A stretch of 64,000 nucleotides of DNA. Origin: Antedon mediterranea. Taxonomy: Eukaryota > Animalia > Echinodermata. The translations under genes and the position numbers were made by a program. Positions 45,824-59,260 of the stretch are shown here, piece after piece. Below the pieces are notes generated by a model. The model worked only from the letters and a program-made list of their open reading frames with translations. It did no database searches and was not told the origin of the DNA. Numbering within the stretch: the stretch's first letter is position 1; each line of letters begins with the position of its first letter. The stretch covers positions 21,824,001 to 21,888,000 of the forward strand of contig NC_092674.1 in NCBI RefSeq assembly GCF_964355755.1. Reading direction: 5' to 3'.

Positions 45824-48800
45824 TTACTGAAGTGCATTCACCTCCATAACACTTTGTGCACGTTCGTCCTCTTTAAAGTCACTCTTCAAAGACTCCTCAT
45901 CCATTTCATGCTCAATGTTCAGTTCCTCACATGGAGTGCTAAGACCGGAGCCTAAGCCATCGTCTTGTACTATCCCTAGCTGGTCCTCATACTCCCCATC
46001 AGGGAAATCTTCCAACATACTGAGTCTGGATAAAGGACCATCAACTTCTGCAAGACAGGTAATAAATTGTTATATGTATTCGATTGTTACAGTAAGTGGT
46101 CCTGTGACTGGGTGTGGTTTTAGGGTTGCTTCGTAATTTGTGGCGTGTCAAGGGCAAATACACTTGGCATAGCCTATCCCTCTCAAGGTACAGTAGTGTG
46201 TGACAATGGCTTTTACAAGCATTTTGTGTACACTGGACCTACGGCTCATAGTCTTTATCCAAGAAGACTTGTTCTACCATCAGTGAACAAGTGAGCCTCG
46301 AACCCTTGCCGATATCATGGCCAAGTATATTACAGTTCCACTGTCTTAATCGCTTGACCAATCAATCAATGGTACGTTACCAAAAAATAGATTTTTTTCC
46401 ATGAAAAGGACTCCCTCACAAAAATAAAGACTCATCGACTAATTAATGACATAATGATAATGATCATACTTGCGAAATATTTTTTGCTATTAACTTTTAT
46501 ACTATAAAACTCAATTTAAAGAAATTACAAAAACAGTAAAGAAAATAGTAAATGACATGAAAAACATAAACGTATTAAAGGTTCTATGTGTTTACCTGAA
46601 TTTCTTCCCGACTCTAGCTCTAATGCAAGCTGCTCTAAAGTATCTTCATCATCAGCTGTAACTTCTTTTCCAAGTTTCAAATAATCTTCATCATAGATCC
46701 TAAAATCATCTCCCTCGATTTCAATACAACTCTTAGGCCGGGAGTCCCCGCCATTTGGAGGTGTTCTATCCATATTCTTACTGGGCTTTCTCTGGGTAGG
46801 TGTGGCTGACTTCCTGTCCAGGCTCCCCGAATAGTTTGTCTTATCTTGGCTTAGCTTATACGATATAGTTGACCGAGATTGTTGCTTGCGTGAGGCTTGA
46901 TTGCGGTCTTCTGCATTGAATTGTGTAACAGTTGTGTACGTAACATCTACTGTAGAAAGACTGCTATCTGGACGCCAATAGCCAGCTCCTAGACACATGA
47001 ATATTATACAAAAAAAGATTCAGTGCATTGAACACTTACTATGAAACAAACATTAAATAAAAATATTTCTAAAATATTAAAATCATTATATAGAGTTGCA
47101 ACACTTTTTGGTTAGATTTATTAAACAATCAAGCTTTGAATAAATCATATTAAGTTTGTTTTACTATATAAGTCAATGATTGTAAAATAATAATCTAAGA
47201 CAATATTTATGTTTACACATTTGTTATTAAATCTTAGATGATGAAGATCATTCAATAAAAAAAAGTAGTTTGATAAAAAAAAGGCCTCAGTTTTCACTTA
47301 ACCACTGCTTAACTAACTTGACTTAAGCAAACAGAATGATAAATGCTTGCCCAGACATTTTGTTATTCAAATGATTTTTAGGTTTGGAATCATTATAAAG
47401 CCATCATATCCAACACACCTTGAAATGAGCACTTTGGAAGACTTGTACTAATTGCATTGCTAGGCTCAATGGTTCGTTGCACAGGTTTTGATCCCTGACC
47501 ACCCATTCCTGCTGTGAAGAACTCATCAAGACCATGCTGATACTGATGCTGGGCTTTCCAGGCTAGCTTGCTTGTTTTTACCAAGTCTTCACTTGGTTTC
47601 CTTGTTATACCTAAGGAAAACAATACTGAATATTACAAAGAACAATGTGTGTGGTGTATGTTTGTCATTTTTTTCTTTAAAAACTGTACATAATACTTTG
47701 ATAGCATCCTTTAAATAAAATACAAAGTGTGAGAAATACCGCCCCCACCTGCAGATGCTGCCCTCTTTTTCTCACTTGCCGCTCTGACATTATCTTTTGA
47801 TGCCCCACCAGAAGTTTTCTGTTGATTTTGAACAGAAACAGGTCTTTTTGGCAACTTCTTGCCAACTCTTTTAACATCTTGGTTTTGTTGATCACTTTCC
47901 AGTTTCTTATAAGGGCCATCATTGTTCATGATGTCAGGTGATATTTTTAACTTTCTGTTTCTGCTACTTGTTCTCCTCGGTCCATTAACATTGTGCCTGT
48001 TTTTTTCTTTGATATCTTGCTTTGAATCGCCCTTATTTTCGATCTTGTTATTCACTATTTTACTTTCTGTAGATTTTCTTTTAGAATTATCAGACGGAGG
48101 CCTTGGAAGATACCTCCTTTGATTTTCTGATGCACTTTTCTTTTCACGCTGTTTCTTTACATTTTTTCCATTTTCATCTTTTCTATTTATTTTTGATGAT
48201 TCTGAAGTTTTTTTATTATTTCTAGCAAAGGAAATAAATTTAATTAGTACATTTCCTAAGAGAAGATTGTTGAAGAAAACCTAATTAATATCATTATTTG
48301 TACAAACTGATCACAATAATATTATGAGATAAGCCTGTATATTTTATACAGGCTCATCTCAAACAAAACCAGAGTAACACTACAATCTATGTAGGGATCA
48401 TTCAACCACTTCATTTTGGTACTACAATCTTTTTTCTAACCTTGACCGAATTTGTGGGCTTATATTCAAGTTAATATGAAATATTCAAGTTGGGTGTGGT
48501 TGAACCTAAAGCTACAACAAAATAACTACTGTCGTATAAATAGAAATTAAAAGAAATTTAAATGTATACTCGTGAAATACATTAAGACTTAAGGATTTTA
48601 CACTTAAAAAAGAGTTTTAGTGACAAACCCTTTGGTGGTTGCTATCTGTGGTTGTTGAGCAGTGTACATAATGGGCTCATCATCTGGTTCTTCTTGTACC
48701 AAATATGAAGTCTGCTCCTCAATGACACTGGTATCAATATTCTAAAAAGGAGGAATGTAAAATATATGTGATTGTAGCAATGACTGATTAAAGAATGTAA

Positions 48801-51800
48801 AATATGTGAGGCATAGAGCCTGTTCATACTTTACAAGTGTAATGGTTGCATGTCGTGAGGTGGTTTCCCGATTAATCGTACGATCAAAACGGTACTGGGT
48901 ATGATCAACTAGCGTTCGTGTTCCCACCTAATCATCCATTCATAGAAGTACTGATGAAGATATCAATCTGTGGCGACAATAGAATGGACCCGAGACCTGG
49001 CTATCTTCGACTTTTAAATAATAGAAAGTTTAGAAAATTTTTTGTTAGACTAGAAATGTACGTTGTATGTATATAGAAAAATGGTTGTAGTTTTCAAAAT
49101 TACGTTGTATAAGTTTTCAAAATTACGTTGTATAAGTTGCGATGTGAAAAACTGTTATTTGATCGTTAGTTGTCGTGTACATAAAGCAAAAACATAAATA
49201 TAATAAAAAAAAAAAAAATAAATAAATAAATAAATAAATAATAAAATAGAATAAAATAAAAATCGTTAGTAAAACTTTAAAAAAGAGTAAAGATATAAGG
49301 AAGAAAAACAAAGAGATCATGGAGCGGCTGTACCAGAATATACAACACTAAGTATTGTAAAGTTAAAACTAAAAAATTAGGCGATCTTGTCAAAGGTCAA
49401 GCGCCTTCAGCCTGCCACGTTTCGATATTCAATATTGAACTTGTTCAATTACACCTTAAACCAAAAGCTGATTAGCCACACGATAAGGAGAAATTTGACC
49501 TTACTAGTGTAAACAGATACATGAAATATGACCTTGCTGGGTAAATTTTTTTCAGTTTACATATGTAAATTGTTTATAGTCCGAACAGTTCATCTGGATA
49601 GTCCAGAGAGTAGGTTACACATGTAATTGAGTTTGAAGTCCGAACACAGCCTTAGATTAATACATAACAGACCTACAGTATGTTACATTAAGTCTGTATG
49701 TAAGGCAATTTACTAAGAAAGTAGGTAAAAATATGACTATGCATGTGTTTTCAATTGAACTATTGGAAAATAGACTACATGCAGAAATCATGTCTCTCTA
49801 TGCATCCACCAATTCTTTCCTGAAAACTGTCAATAATCCTAGTTGAAAGCACATACAGTACTTAACATCATCATAAAAAGAACTTACTTCTGGTAGTGGG
49901 GTAATGGTGACCACACTATTGCATCTGATCTCACCATCAGCTACTGGTGAAGTTGTTGAAAACATACTTGCATATCTTAAGTGCTCTTCCTGCAGTTCGA
50001 GTTCTAATTCTTCATCATCGTCAAAATCAACCAAGCCTAATACAAACAAACATATAGTATTATTTAAAAATAACTTCCTTAAATAGTCTAGTATAGAACA
50101 GAGCTCTGGAAGTCACTTTCAACAGTATATTATGCTTTTGTATTTATGGATTAAGGTATTACAATAATATAACAATACTTGATTCATAAACACATTCTAT
50201 TAACCTCCATCTGCGGCACGATACTTGATGTCTGGTACGCCAGTATAAATGGGAGCAAGATACAAATATTTAAGCACACGTTCCACTTTTTTTAAATTTT
50301 TTATTTTTAGAATGATTTTTGGACAATAATGACATTTTGTATGCTATTAATCAAAAGAAAAACAGTAATAAAACCAACCATTTGAAGAACTAGCATTTAA
50401 TGTTTCTCTTGGACTAACACTCTGAGTGTACATTCTGGAGTTGGACTCTCTCCCAGTCTCGAGTCGTGGTGTTTGTATCTGAGGTAATTCAGTACGCCGA
50501 TGCTTCTTCAGAAGTAGTTTATCAGCATAGCTCATGGATTCTTTAAACTCAATCTTTATCTCATGTTTGGGTTCTTGTTCAGTTCCTGTACCCTCATTCA
50601 CTGTTGTTACACCTAGTTGTGAGAAAAATATAGTGAAAATAAATTGAAAACATTCAATTTTACGTAATATTATAGTAGCATCCCACAAGGACTGGTAAAG
50701 AAAGGTATAATATGGTACATTGTGTGATTTTAAAAAGGAGGTAAAGTTGAGAAAATCTTGATGTTTCAGTTTCTGGAGTAATGAAATTCTCAACTTTACT
50801 TTCTCCTCTTGGAAATCACATGTACCACACACCTAAAGCTCTGTCTACACTATCAAACTAAAATATAGTAGTAGACATCATCGTGTCCATGGGCACATCA
50901 CATTTTTTGTCACATAAAGTTTCATAGTGTAGACAGAGATTTAGTTTACTAGTGTTTCTTCCCCATACTAAATTTACATTTACTGTACACATCTATGAAT
51001 GGTGACACATACCAGGTTTAGATTGATGAGGACTTGAGGTGGGCTTAGAGGTCACTTGTGGCTGACCTCTCCACTCAGCTAATGCTGCAGCAAAAGAGGC
51101 AGAGCTTTCTGCTTCATTATAATCACCATCTAACAAAGAGGGCCCATTTGATACCTGAAACATAAAAAGAAAACATTTTATGAATTGCAAACAATGATTA
51201 CAGAGAACCCTAGAAATTAAATGAGCGTTTTGTAAGTTTTCGTGACAATATAAAAATTATACCTTTCGTCACTTAGTTTTTTATTTATATTAGATATTAC
51301 AGTTACAGATTTGATCTGTACCGTGACTTGAATATGTACGTGTATTCAAGACTAATATTTTGTAGGTTAGCAGTTAATTATGACAAAACTAAAAATAGCA
51401 ACGAATGAACTAAACAAAAAATAAATCAACAACAGTATTATCATGATGAAGAAATACCTGTTGATTGGATAATGAAACTGGCGACTTCTTTTGCTGACGG
51501 GATTCAACAGAAGACATGGCTTCGGGTGCGATTGTGGAATCAATACTACTTCTCTCTGTTTGCTGGTTTGATTTCAATGCGATAGCTCGATCAGGACTAA
51601 GTGGACTATCACTAAAAAAATATATAATTACTGGAAGATAAATATTACTACTTTATACAGTACTCACAGTATGTAGTCAATTCTGGTGAGAAAACCAAAT
51701 TTAGTCTGACCTGTCAAAACTGAGGAAATTCGGATTAGCCAGAAGTGCAGTACCTACCGCGCCAGAGAGACGATCCCCTACTCTTTCTGAATAGTGTACC

Positions 51801-54800
51801 AAGTTCTTTAACAGACACTATAGTACACAGGACAAACGGCTTTACATTCGATTCAAGGCAATGGGAGTAAAGCATCTACAATATAGATAGAATTGAACAT
51901 GTGCCTATCACATGCTAGTTCGATATTATCATTACACTATCACTCTCCGGCCACGATTCCCAGATGGTCTTCCATCCTGAATGCACCCGGGCCTAACGTT
52001 GCTTAACTGCGGTAATCTTACGAGAACTGGAGTTTCAACTCAGAATGGTCAAGAGCTAGGATACAACATACCATTTTAGTATGACTTGAAATCCAGCATA
52101 CCATAGCAGTGGAATACTAATAAATAATCATTTAGGGTGATGAAAGACCTTAATGTTAGGATGTTACTTTTAAAATCCTACAGCTATTTTAAGGTATGGA
52201 GAATTCCTAAATACTGTAGTCAGAAATAAGAATCAGAAACTTACTTTTTGCTTCGTCTTAGTTCTTGGCCAGCTTGATATGGTACAGAGCGGTGTAGTTT
52301 CAGTGCACCCTTCAAGTGGAATTGTGCAAAGCATGCAGCACAGTACAGTTCAGCACATTCCATACATGACTGTTGAATACAAAATGAACTCGATAAGGGG
52401 TGTAAACAAAGTCTTGTAATATTATAATATAAACTATGATAATATACTGTATGATATATAATAAATGGTGTTGCTGCTGATATTCATTATTGAGAAATTC
52501 ATTCAAAATGTCTATACTTTATTAATCAAACCACCAATAATAATAATAACTATAACAATATCCAAATTACTCTTCCCTCACTTAATTAAGAAATTCAGTA
52601 TGAAGAAAAACAACAAATGTCATGTGATAATATTGTTGTCATTCTTACAAGTGCTCCAGCCTTTTCTTCACATTGTCCACAAGCAGGACCATCAAATGTC
52701 TTTCTTGCAGTTAGCTTTGGTCTCACAGCTCGCTTTGGAGCTTCTTTAACGGAAAAAAAATGTAAACATTTATTCAATGAATACAATTGTTCTAAAAATA
52801 TGGACCATATTTATATGTTCAAAGACGCAGATCTGTTTATGAATACTTTCGGAAATGAAAGGTGGTGGTAGGGGAGAGGGGGTTAGGGAGAGAGAGGAAA
52901 CAGTGGAATATGAGAATAAAAACAAAACGCTGTGTACAAAATGATGGGTTTGAAAAGAAAAGGGAGGATAGATATATACCTTCACACCCCCAGGGTTTGT
53001 AATAGTACACATACAAATTTAATTTAAATTTCTATCTTCAGATAGCTTTAGGTATAAACATGTTTTGAGATTGAGCAGCCTTTTAATTGTTGTAATAATT
53101 TAAAAAATGAAAATAAAAAAAATTAAAATTAAAAAAATATGTCTGTTTCTATGTAAATGTTGTCTAATTGGATAGATTCATGGTTTGAAGAATTTAATTT
53201 TAAAAATACTTACTGATAGGACCATCTTTCAAAACTGTTATTTTCTTTGGCTGAAAAACATTTAAAAAAAAACAGAATATAGACTAGAAATTCATCACTT
53301 TTTGCTTTTCTCCTGCATATCGCATTCCTGCATCCGGGTATACATTTTCTATTGTTTATTATACAATGTAAACCTTTTTAACAACATTGATAATAACCAC
53401 ACTTTTTTTTCATCACCGGTAAAGGAGAACGATCATGTGAAATAAAAAAAGTGGTGGTGGTAGAGGACTAGAAAATATGAAGTCCTACTTATATATTAAA
53501 TGTTTATACACTATTGAAAAGGGGAATTGAAAAGATTATTAAAGATATAATTGTTCCCTTTTGTCTCCTCCACTCCAAATCTTTTATTGAAGGTCGGTCC
53601 ATTTCTCATGTTTCTGATGTTTCTGAGGGAATACATCTTTAAATTAAGTGCTAAAATCCACTACACTTTCTTACCTTAGTGGACCTAGGCATTTCAGTAT
53701 AATTTCTGGTGTTCCTGCTGCTATTAGGCCCATGTCCTGCCAAAGCTCCTTCCTTGCCAGACCGCCAGTAACCACCACTTCCTTGACGTCTATATAAACA
53801 GTTTGAAAAAAAAAAGCTAAGATTATGTTGACCTGATACTGAAAGCATCCCAATATCGACAAAGAAGAACTCAATCAATCGTTTCTTAGAGTCTTAGAGC
53901 ATTTCTTCTTACTTTGGTTATCTTTTTTAAAAATCTTTTTTTGATTACTTTTTTTTATTGGACAGAATAGAGCTTAGTATGTGAATTCTGTTCCGACGAG
54001 CTCTCATATGGGAGTTTCAAAGTTCAGACGGTCTTAGAGACAAAGACACCCCTGTTAGTTAGACCATTGCTATAAAACAGTTTTAATTAAGACCGCGTAC
54101 AGAATTACGCATAGAATACCAAATAAGGTAATGTTTGTCACGCTTGTTCAATTCACAATTATAACAGTATGTACAATTATACGCATGAATCTATTCTAGG
54201 CCTATAATAAGAATAAAATCACCGTTATTATTTGATTTAACACTTAAAACTTGTTAAATTGGTTGTCTTTCACAATCAATAATATGTATAATAAGCAACA
54301 AAAAGAGAGGTTTAAGACTGTTTTAAGACTCCTTCGAGCAGGCTTTAATTTTAAAGACTGTTTACAGGATAGACCGCAGTATAGCAATGGTCTATAATAA
54401 AGACTACTTGCTACGTCACAAATTATAGCCGGCTAGGCGCTAAGACCGCTTATAGCAATCCGCTCCTGGAGAACGGAGCGGTGAAAATGATTACTCTGCA
54501 TCATCTTCGTTTTTGTGATTTTCTTAAGATATTTTATGGATTGATTTTCTGTAAAGTGCTTAGAAACATTGTATTAGGCGTCATAAAATAGAAGGCTACC
54601 ATTATAATTATATAATATAATTAGCAAATTATAATTAGTAAACTTACTCTCGTTCCTGTTTTTCCTGGCTCATTGTCATTTTTAACTCGCGGAGGCGCTC
54701 TTCCATTTTTCGGCTATCAATCTCCAGCTGCCTTGTTGCTGATTTTGAAGCATTGAAGGTTCTTTAAAAAAAAAAATGAATATAAAAACATTTATTCACT

Positions 54801-55067
54801 GTATAAATAATGAAGAATTTAAAATTATTTAATCATTAAATTAATTAATTGTGATTTTATGTTACGCAAAATGAGAAGCAAACACTTGCTTATTTAAACC
54901 TCTATGGTCAATTACATAGCTTGTATATATTTGCTGTTACTTCTTTATTAAGATATACAAATGGATGGATATTAAACATTGATATGCGCTGCAAAGCCTT
55001 ACCTTAGTTTAGTTGATAGTGGGTTTTTGCTTGATGTATTGAAGGCCCTCTTTGAAGTCATTGTCAT
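45824..55067 (-). CDS. ZBBX: Zinc finger B-box domain-containing protein 1 (ZBBX) ortholog, multi-exon (about 55067-55003, 54762-54648, 53789-53674, 53250-53214, 52744-52649, 52369-52245, 51611-51458, 51154-51013, 50613-50379, then further exons down to the stop at 45824)
   Basis: Coiled-coil [34 protein letters not shown]-box [62 protein letters not shown] and [21 protein letters not shown] are recognisable ZBBX blocks. The 5' exon phases are consistent. The 3' exon boundaries are approximate. Confidence 0.88.
46218..46360 (-). mobile_element. Partial Deu-type SINE (5' half)
   Basis: Reverse complement of 21955-22065 (GTGTACACTGGACCTACGG..TTATCC.AGAAGACTTGTTC..CTCGAACCCTTGCCGAT). Confidence 0.7.
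50837..50940. mobile_element. Small Harbinger-like MITE
   Basis: TIR AGCTCTGTCTACACTAT.AAACT / AGTTT.ATAGTGTAGACAGAG.T with TAA/TTA flanks. Fragments of the same family lie at about 6237-6360 and 57380-57460. Confidence 0.6.
51947..52056 (-). pseudogene. 5S rRNA-derived sequence (5S pseudogene or SINE3 head)
   Basis: The reverse complement GCTCTTGACCATTCTGAGTTGAAACTCCAGTTCTCGTAAGATTACCGCAGTTAAGCAACGTTAGGCCCGGGTGCATTCAGGATGGAAGACCATCTGGGAAT aligns by eye to animal 5S (GTTCTCGT.CGATCACCGAAGTTAAGCAAC..GGATGG.GACC.CTGGGAAT) with many substitutions. Confidence 0.75.
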
Positions 55068-55779
55068 CTACTTGATCCTCAGAGAGTTGACAAAATACTG
55101 GACAGTAGATGGTATAAAATGTGGAAAGCTAAAAAACACAGCATATCATAAACAACTATTTTGTTTATAAATGTGCCTACTAGTACTAACTAATAGTCTA
55201 CAGCTTATTAACCTTATAATAAGTTATTATTAATAGTAATACTTAATAGTTAGGTGTGGCATGTATTAGGAGAAAGAACAAGGCAGGGCAAAGCCCTTCC
55301 TTATACTAGGCTATACTGTTACTATAGTAAATTTTATTCAACTAAATTTCAATAATCTAGCTAGGCCTAGGCCTCTATAGGCCTATTAATATTTAACTTT
55401 ATTAATTCAAGTTAGGCCCTAGGCTAGGAGAGAGGCTATTAAATTATGATATATGGGCTAGGCCTAGGGCCTTAGTACTTACTCTAGGCCCAGGGCCTAA
55501 TAGGACTAGGCCCCCTCTAGGCCTACTACTCTAGCTAGAGGGCCGGTCTCGTAGGCTAGCTAGGCCTAGCTAGCCTAGTAGCTAGCAGGGCCTATAGCTA
55601 GCAATACATAAATAAATAGAGTCCGGGTATTCCCAGTCCTCTAGCTAGGTCTAGTACTAGTAGTAGGGGCTATTAAGGTATCATGCATTTATGTATTATT
55701 GCTAAAAGGTATTTCGTTTCCTACAAATAGGTTTAATTTTTACGCACTTTTGTTAACAAATGTTTGTTTTGGTTGAACA

Positions 55780-55870
55780 GTTTTCGGCGTCTGGCTGCTA
55801 AGACAACTATTCAAAATGGCGCTGTTGTAGGCTGTTGATATTGAGGGGGCTATATATATTATTATCTATT
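55780..55870 (-). promoter_or_regulatory. Probable ZBBX promoter / TSS region
   Basis: YY1-like AAAATGGCG near 55813, locally higher CpG content, just upstream of the ZBBX first coding exon. Inference only. Confidence 0.3.
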
Positions 55871-57042
55871 CTGAGGTGGGCATCGAAAAAAGAGAGGACT
55901 ATCTGTCCATTCTGTCAATTTTTCTTATTATAGATATCCAGCTGAGCTATCCAAATATTAAATGTTGTTTGGACGTTTTAGTGAGTACTAAAAATTAACC
56001 ATTCATGAGTAAAGTGTTAATAAACTGAATAATAAGGACACCGGTTAAGTGGAAATAAGTTTTTAGAGGACCCATGGAAATTAGTTTTTTTTACTTTTTT
56101 CTTGCCCCGTTTTCTGTGCAATTGTTTTTCTATTTCTATATTAACATTGATTATCAAATAAAAAAAATAAAAATAACTGATCAATTTTCGTTTTCTGATG
56201 ATGAATATTTAATTAATAATAATAATAGACAGTGATTTTGTGCCCGACGACCACCTCCACTCTGAGGGCCTTGAAAACAAGTCTATCTCCCTCTACTGTT
56301 ATCTTACTTTGAAAAAGAATGTGTATATGTACAGATGGGGGTACACAGTATTTCAATTGTAGTATAGTAGCTCTGGTCCAATCGTTGTGCTGGATTTTTG
56401 TTAGAATACAGTAGGCCTACTTGTAAATTCACCAATCAACGACCTACATCAACGACATGACGGAAGATTCAGCCAATCGAAATGACACGTAAGTTATCAT
56501 GTAATTTGCATTATTAATAAAAAAAATTCACGTCAAGAACTCAGCCAACACGTTAACACGGCGACGAAAAAACTGCTGCCTGAATCACCACAATCGAATT
56601 TATCGGTAGGTATGACACCCAAAACTTACAATTTCAATTACTATCTCTTTAATTAAGATTCGTTCCCTCCCAACTGGAACAAAAAATCACAATATTTTTC
56701 TAAAAATAATATGTATATCTAAAGTGAGTGTGTGAGTGGGTCCTACTACTCTAGAACTTGCAGGCAGCGCAGGTGCTTTTTGACAGAGGACAGCGCGTAG
56801 TGCGTGCGTAATGTCGTTTTGCTAATTGACACATTTTATTTAGATGCCTATTTTGTTTTAAATATAATATGGGCCTAAATTATTATTAACCATTCTGTTT
56901 GTTTGTATATTTTCTATTTGTTATTACCAACGTTTTTTTCACACCAATTAAGGTGTTGGATCCTTCCGAGATAATTAATAACAATCAATGTATGCGTGTT
57001 ACATTTCAATTAATATTTATTTATTCAAAGTAGTATTCGTGT

Positions 57043-57150
57043 TCCCCAGTGGCTCAGTCGGTTAGCGCGCCGTACTTATAAACAGTACATGGCTTCGCCC
57101 TTACTGGTTAGGTAATGCGGAGGTCGAGAGTTCGATCCTCTCCTGGGGAA
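57043..57150 (+). tRNA. tRNA-Ile(TAT) with a 34-nt intron (57081-57114)
   Basis: Acceptor stem TCCCCAG/CTGGGGA plus discriminator A; A-box TGGCTCAGTCGG; anticodon stem CCGTA/TGCGG with loop CT-TAT-A^A; T-arm GAGAG TTCGATC CTCTC; TTTT at 57157-57160. One D-stem mismatch. Confidence 0.9.
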
Positions 57151-57530
57151 TTTACGTTTTATAACATTACACCATATTCAAACATTTTGATAGTATTTAA
57201 AATCCTGTCTGATGAACCGAATGTAACTACCTCAGTGGAATGTATTTGTATCTTTACTGGAGTTTTTTTTAGTTTTCACTGGTGGCACTAGTTCGAGAGT
57301 GAATAAAATCAAAGAATTAAGTCACCCCTTCTTAGGTTTTTTAAAAAATTATTCTAAATGTACGTTTCGGTCACAAAAATAAAGTGTGATATGCTTAAAT
57401 AAGGTAGCATCACAAGTTTTTTTTTTGTTACATAAACTTTGAATAGTGTAGGCAGAGCTTATTACTTTTCGTATTTAATGAAAAGATAAAAATGCCAAGG
57501 TATTATGTATATTCAACATTCTGTACTTAC

Positions 57531-59142
57531 TATGCATTGATGATAAAGCATCATTGGTCAAAGGTCACACTTTATGACGGATATGCTACTAGATTTATAT
57601 AAAATATAAATTTTGTGGAGAGAGCAGCAGTAGACGACAGTCTTTATACTGTGTAATGATGAAGCATCATTGGTAAAGGTCACACTTTATGACGGATGCT
57701 CCTAGATTTATATAAAATATAAATTTTGTGGAGAGATCAGCAGTAGACGACAGTCTTTATACTGTGTAATGATGAAGCATCATTGGTAAAGGTCACACTT
57801 TATGACGGATGCTACTAGATTTATATAAAATATAAGTTTGGAAAGAATACAGAAATAGATGACAGTCTTTATACTGTGTAATGATGAAGCGTCATTGGTA
57901 AAGGTCACACTTTATGACGGATGCTACTAGATTTATATAAAATATAAGTTCGGAAAGAATACAGAAATAGACGACAGTCTTTAGGCCTATACTGTGTAAT
58001 GATGAAGCGTCATTGGTAAAGGTCACACTTTATGACGGATGCTACTAGATTTATATAAAATATAAGTTAATTCGGAAAGAATACAGAAATAGACGACAGT
58101 CTTTATACTGTGTAACGATGAAGCGTCATTGGTAAAGGTCACACTTTATGACGGATGCTACTAGATTTATATAAAATATAAGTTCGGAAAGAATACAGAA
58201 ATAGACGACAGTCTTTATACTGTGTAATGATGAAGCGTCATCGGGTAAAGGTCACACTTTATGACAGATGCTACTAGATTTATATAAAATATAAGTTTGG
58301 AAAGAATACAGAAATAGATGACAGTCTTTATACTGTGTAATGATTAAGCGTCATTGGTAAAGGTCACACTTTATGACGGATGCTACTAGATTTATATAAA
58401 ATATAAGTTCGGAAAGAATACAGAAATAGACGACAGTCTTTAGGCCTATACTGTGTAATGATGAAGCGTCATTGGTAAAGGTCACACTTTATGACGGATC
58501 CTACTAGATTTATATAAAATATAAGTTCGGAAAGAATACAGAAATAGACGACAGTCTTTATACTGTGTAACGATGAAGCGTCATTGGTAAAGGTCACACT
58601 TTATGACGGATGCTACTAGATTTATATAAAATATAAGTTCGGAAAGAATACAGAAATAGACGACAGTCTTTATACTGTGTAATGATGAAGCGTCATTGGT
58701 AAAGGTCACACTTTATGACGGATGCTACTAGATTTATATAAAATATAAGTTCGGAAAGAATACAGAAATAGACGACAGTCTTTATACTGTGTAATGATGA
58801 AGCGTCATTGGTAAAGGTCACACTTTATGACGGATGCTACTAGATTTATATAACATATAAGTTCGGAAAGAATACAGAAATAGACGACAATCTTTATACT
58901 GTGTAATGATGAAGCGTCATTGGTAAAGGTCACACTACTTTATGACGGATGCTACTAGATTTATATAAAATAGCCTATACGTTCGGAAAGAATACAGAAG
59001 TAGACGACAGTCCTTGAACTGTGTAATGATGAAGCGTCATTGGTGAAGGTCACAGTTTATCACGGATGCTCTATATAAAGTATAGGGCCTAAGTTTTGGA
59101 AACAGAGCAGATATAGACGATAATCTTTGAACTGTGTAATGC
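57531..59142. repeat. Tandem array of about 14 copies of a ~112-bp unit
   Basis: Unit ACTGTGTAATGATGAAGCGTCATTGGTAAAGGTCACACTTTATGACGGATGCTACTAGATTTATATAAAATATAAGTTCGGAAAGAATACAGAAATAGACGACAGTCTTTAT; the end units are more diverged. Confidence 0.95.
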
Positions 59143-59260
59143 ATCTGGAGAGCTTTCTATGACGCATGTTCTTCGAGTTATAAGAAAGGTACATACGGAT
59201 TGTTAGTTATTCAAATCCCACTCATTATAACAATCATTAATACGTTAAAGGCAAATTATC

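Noticed and set aside
57531-59142. 112-bp array as a CRISPR array or ncRNA gene cluster
   Set aside because: Whole units are near-identical with no unique spacers, and I found no tRNA, 5S, snRNA or SL-RNA hallmarks.
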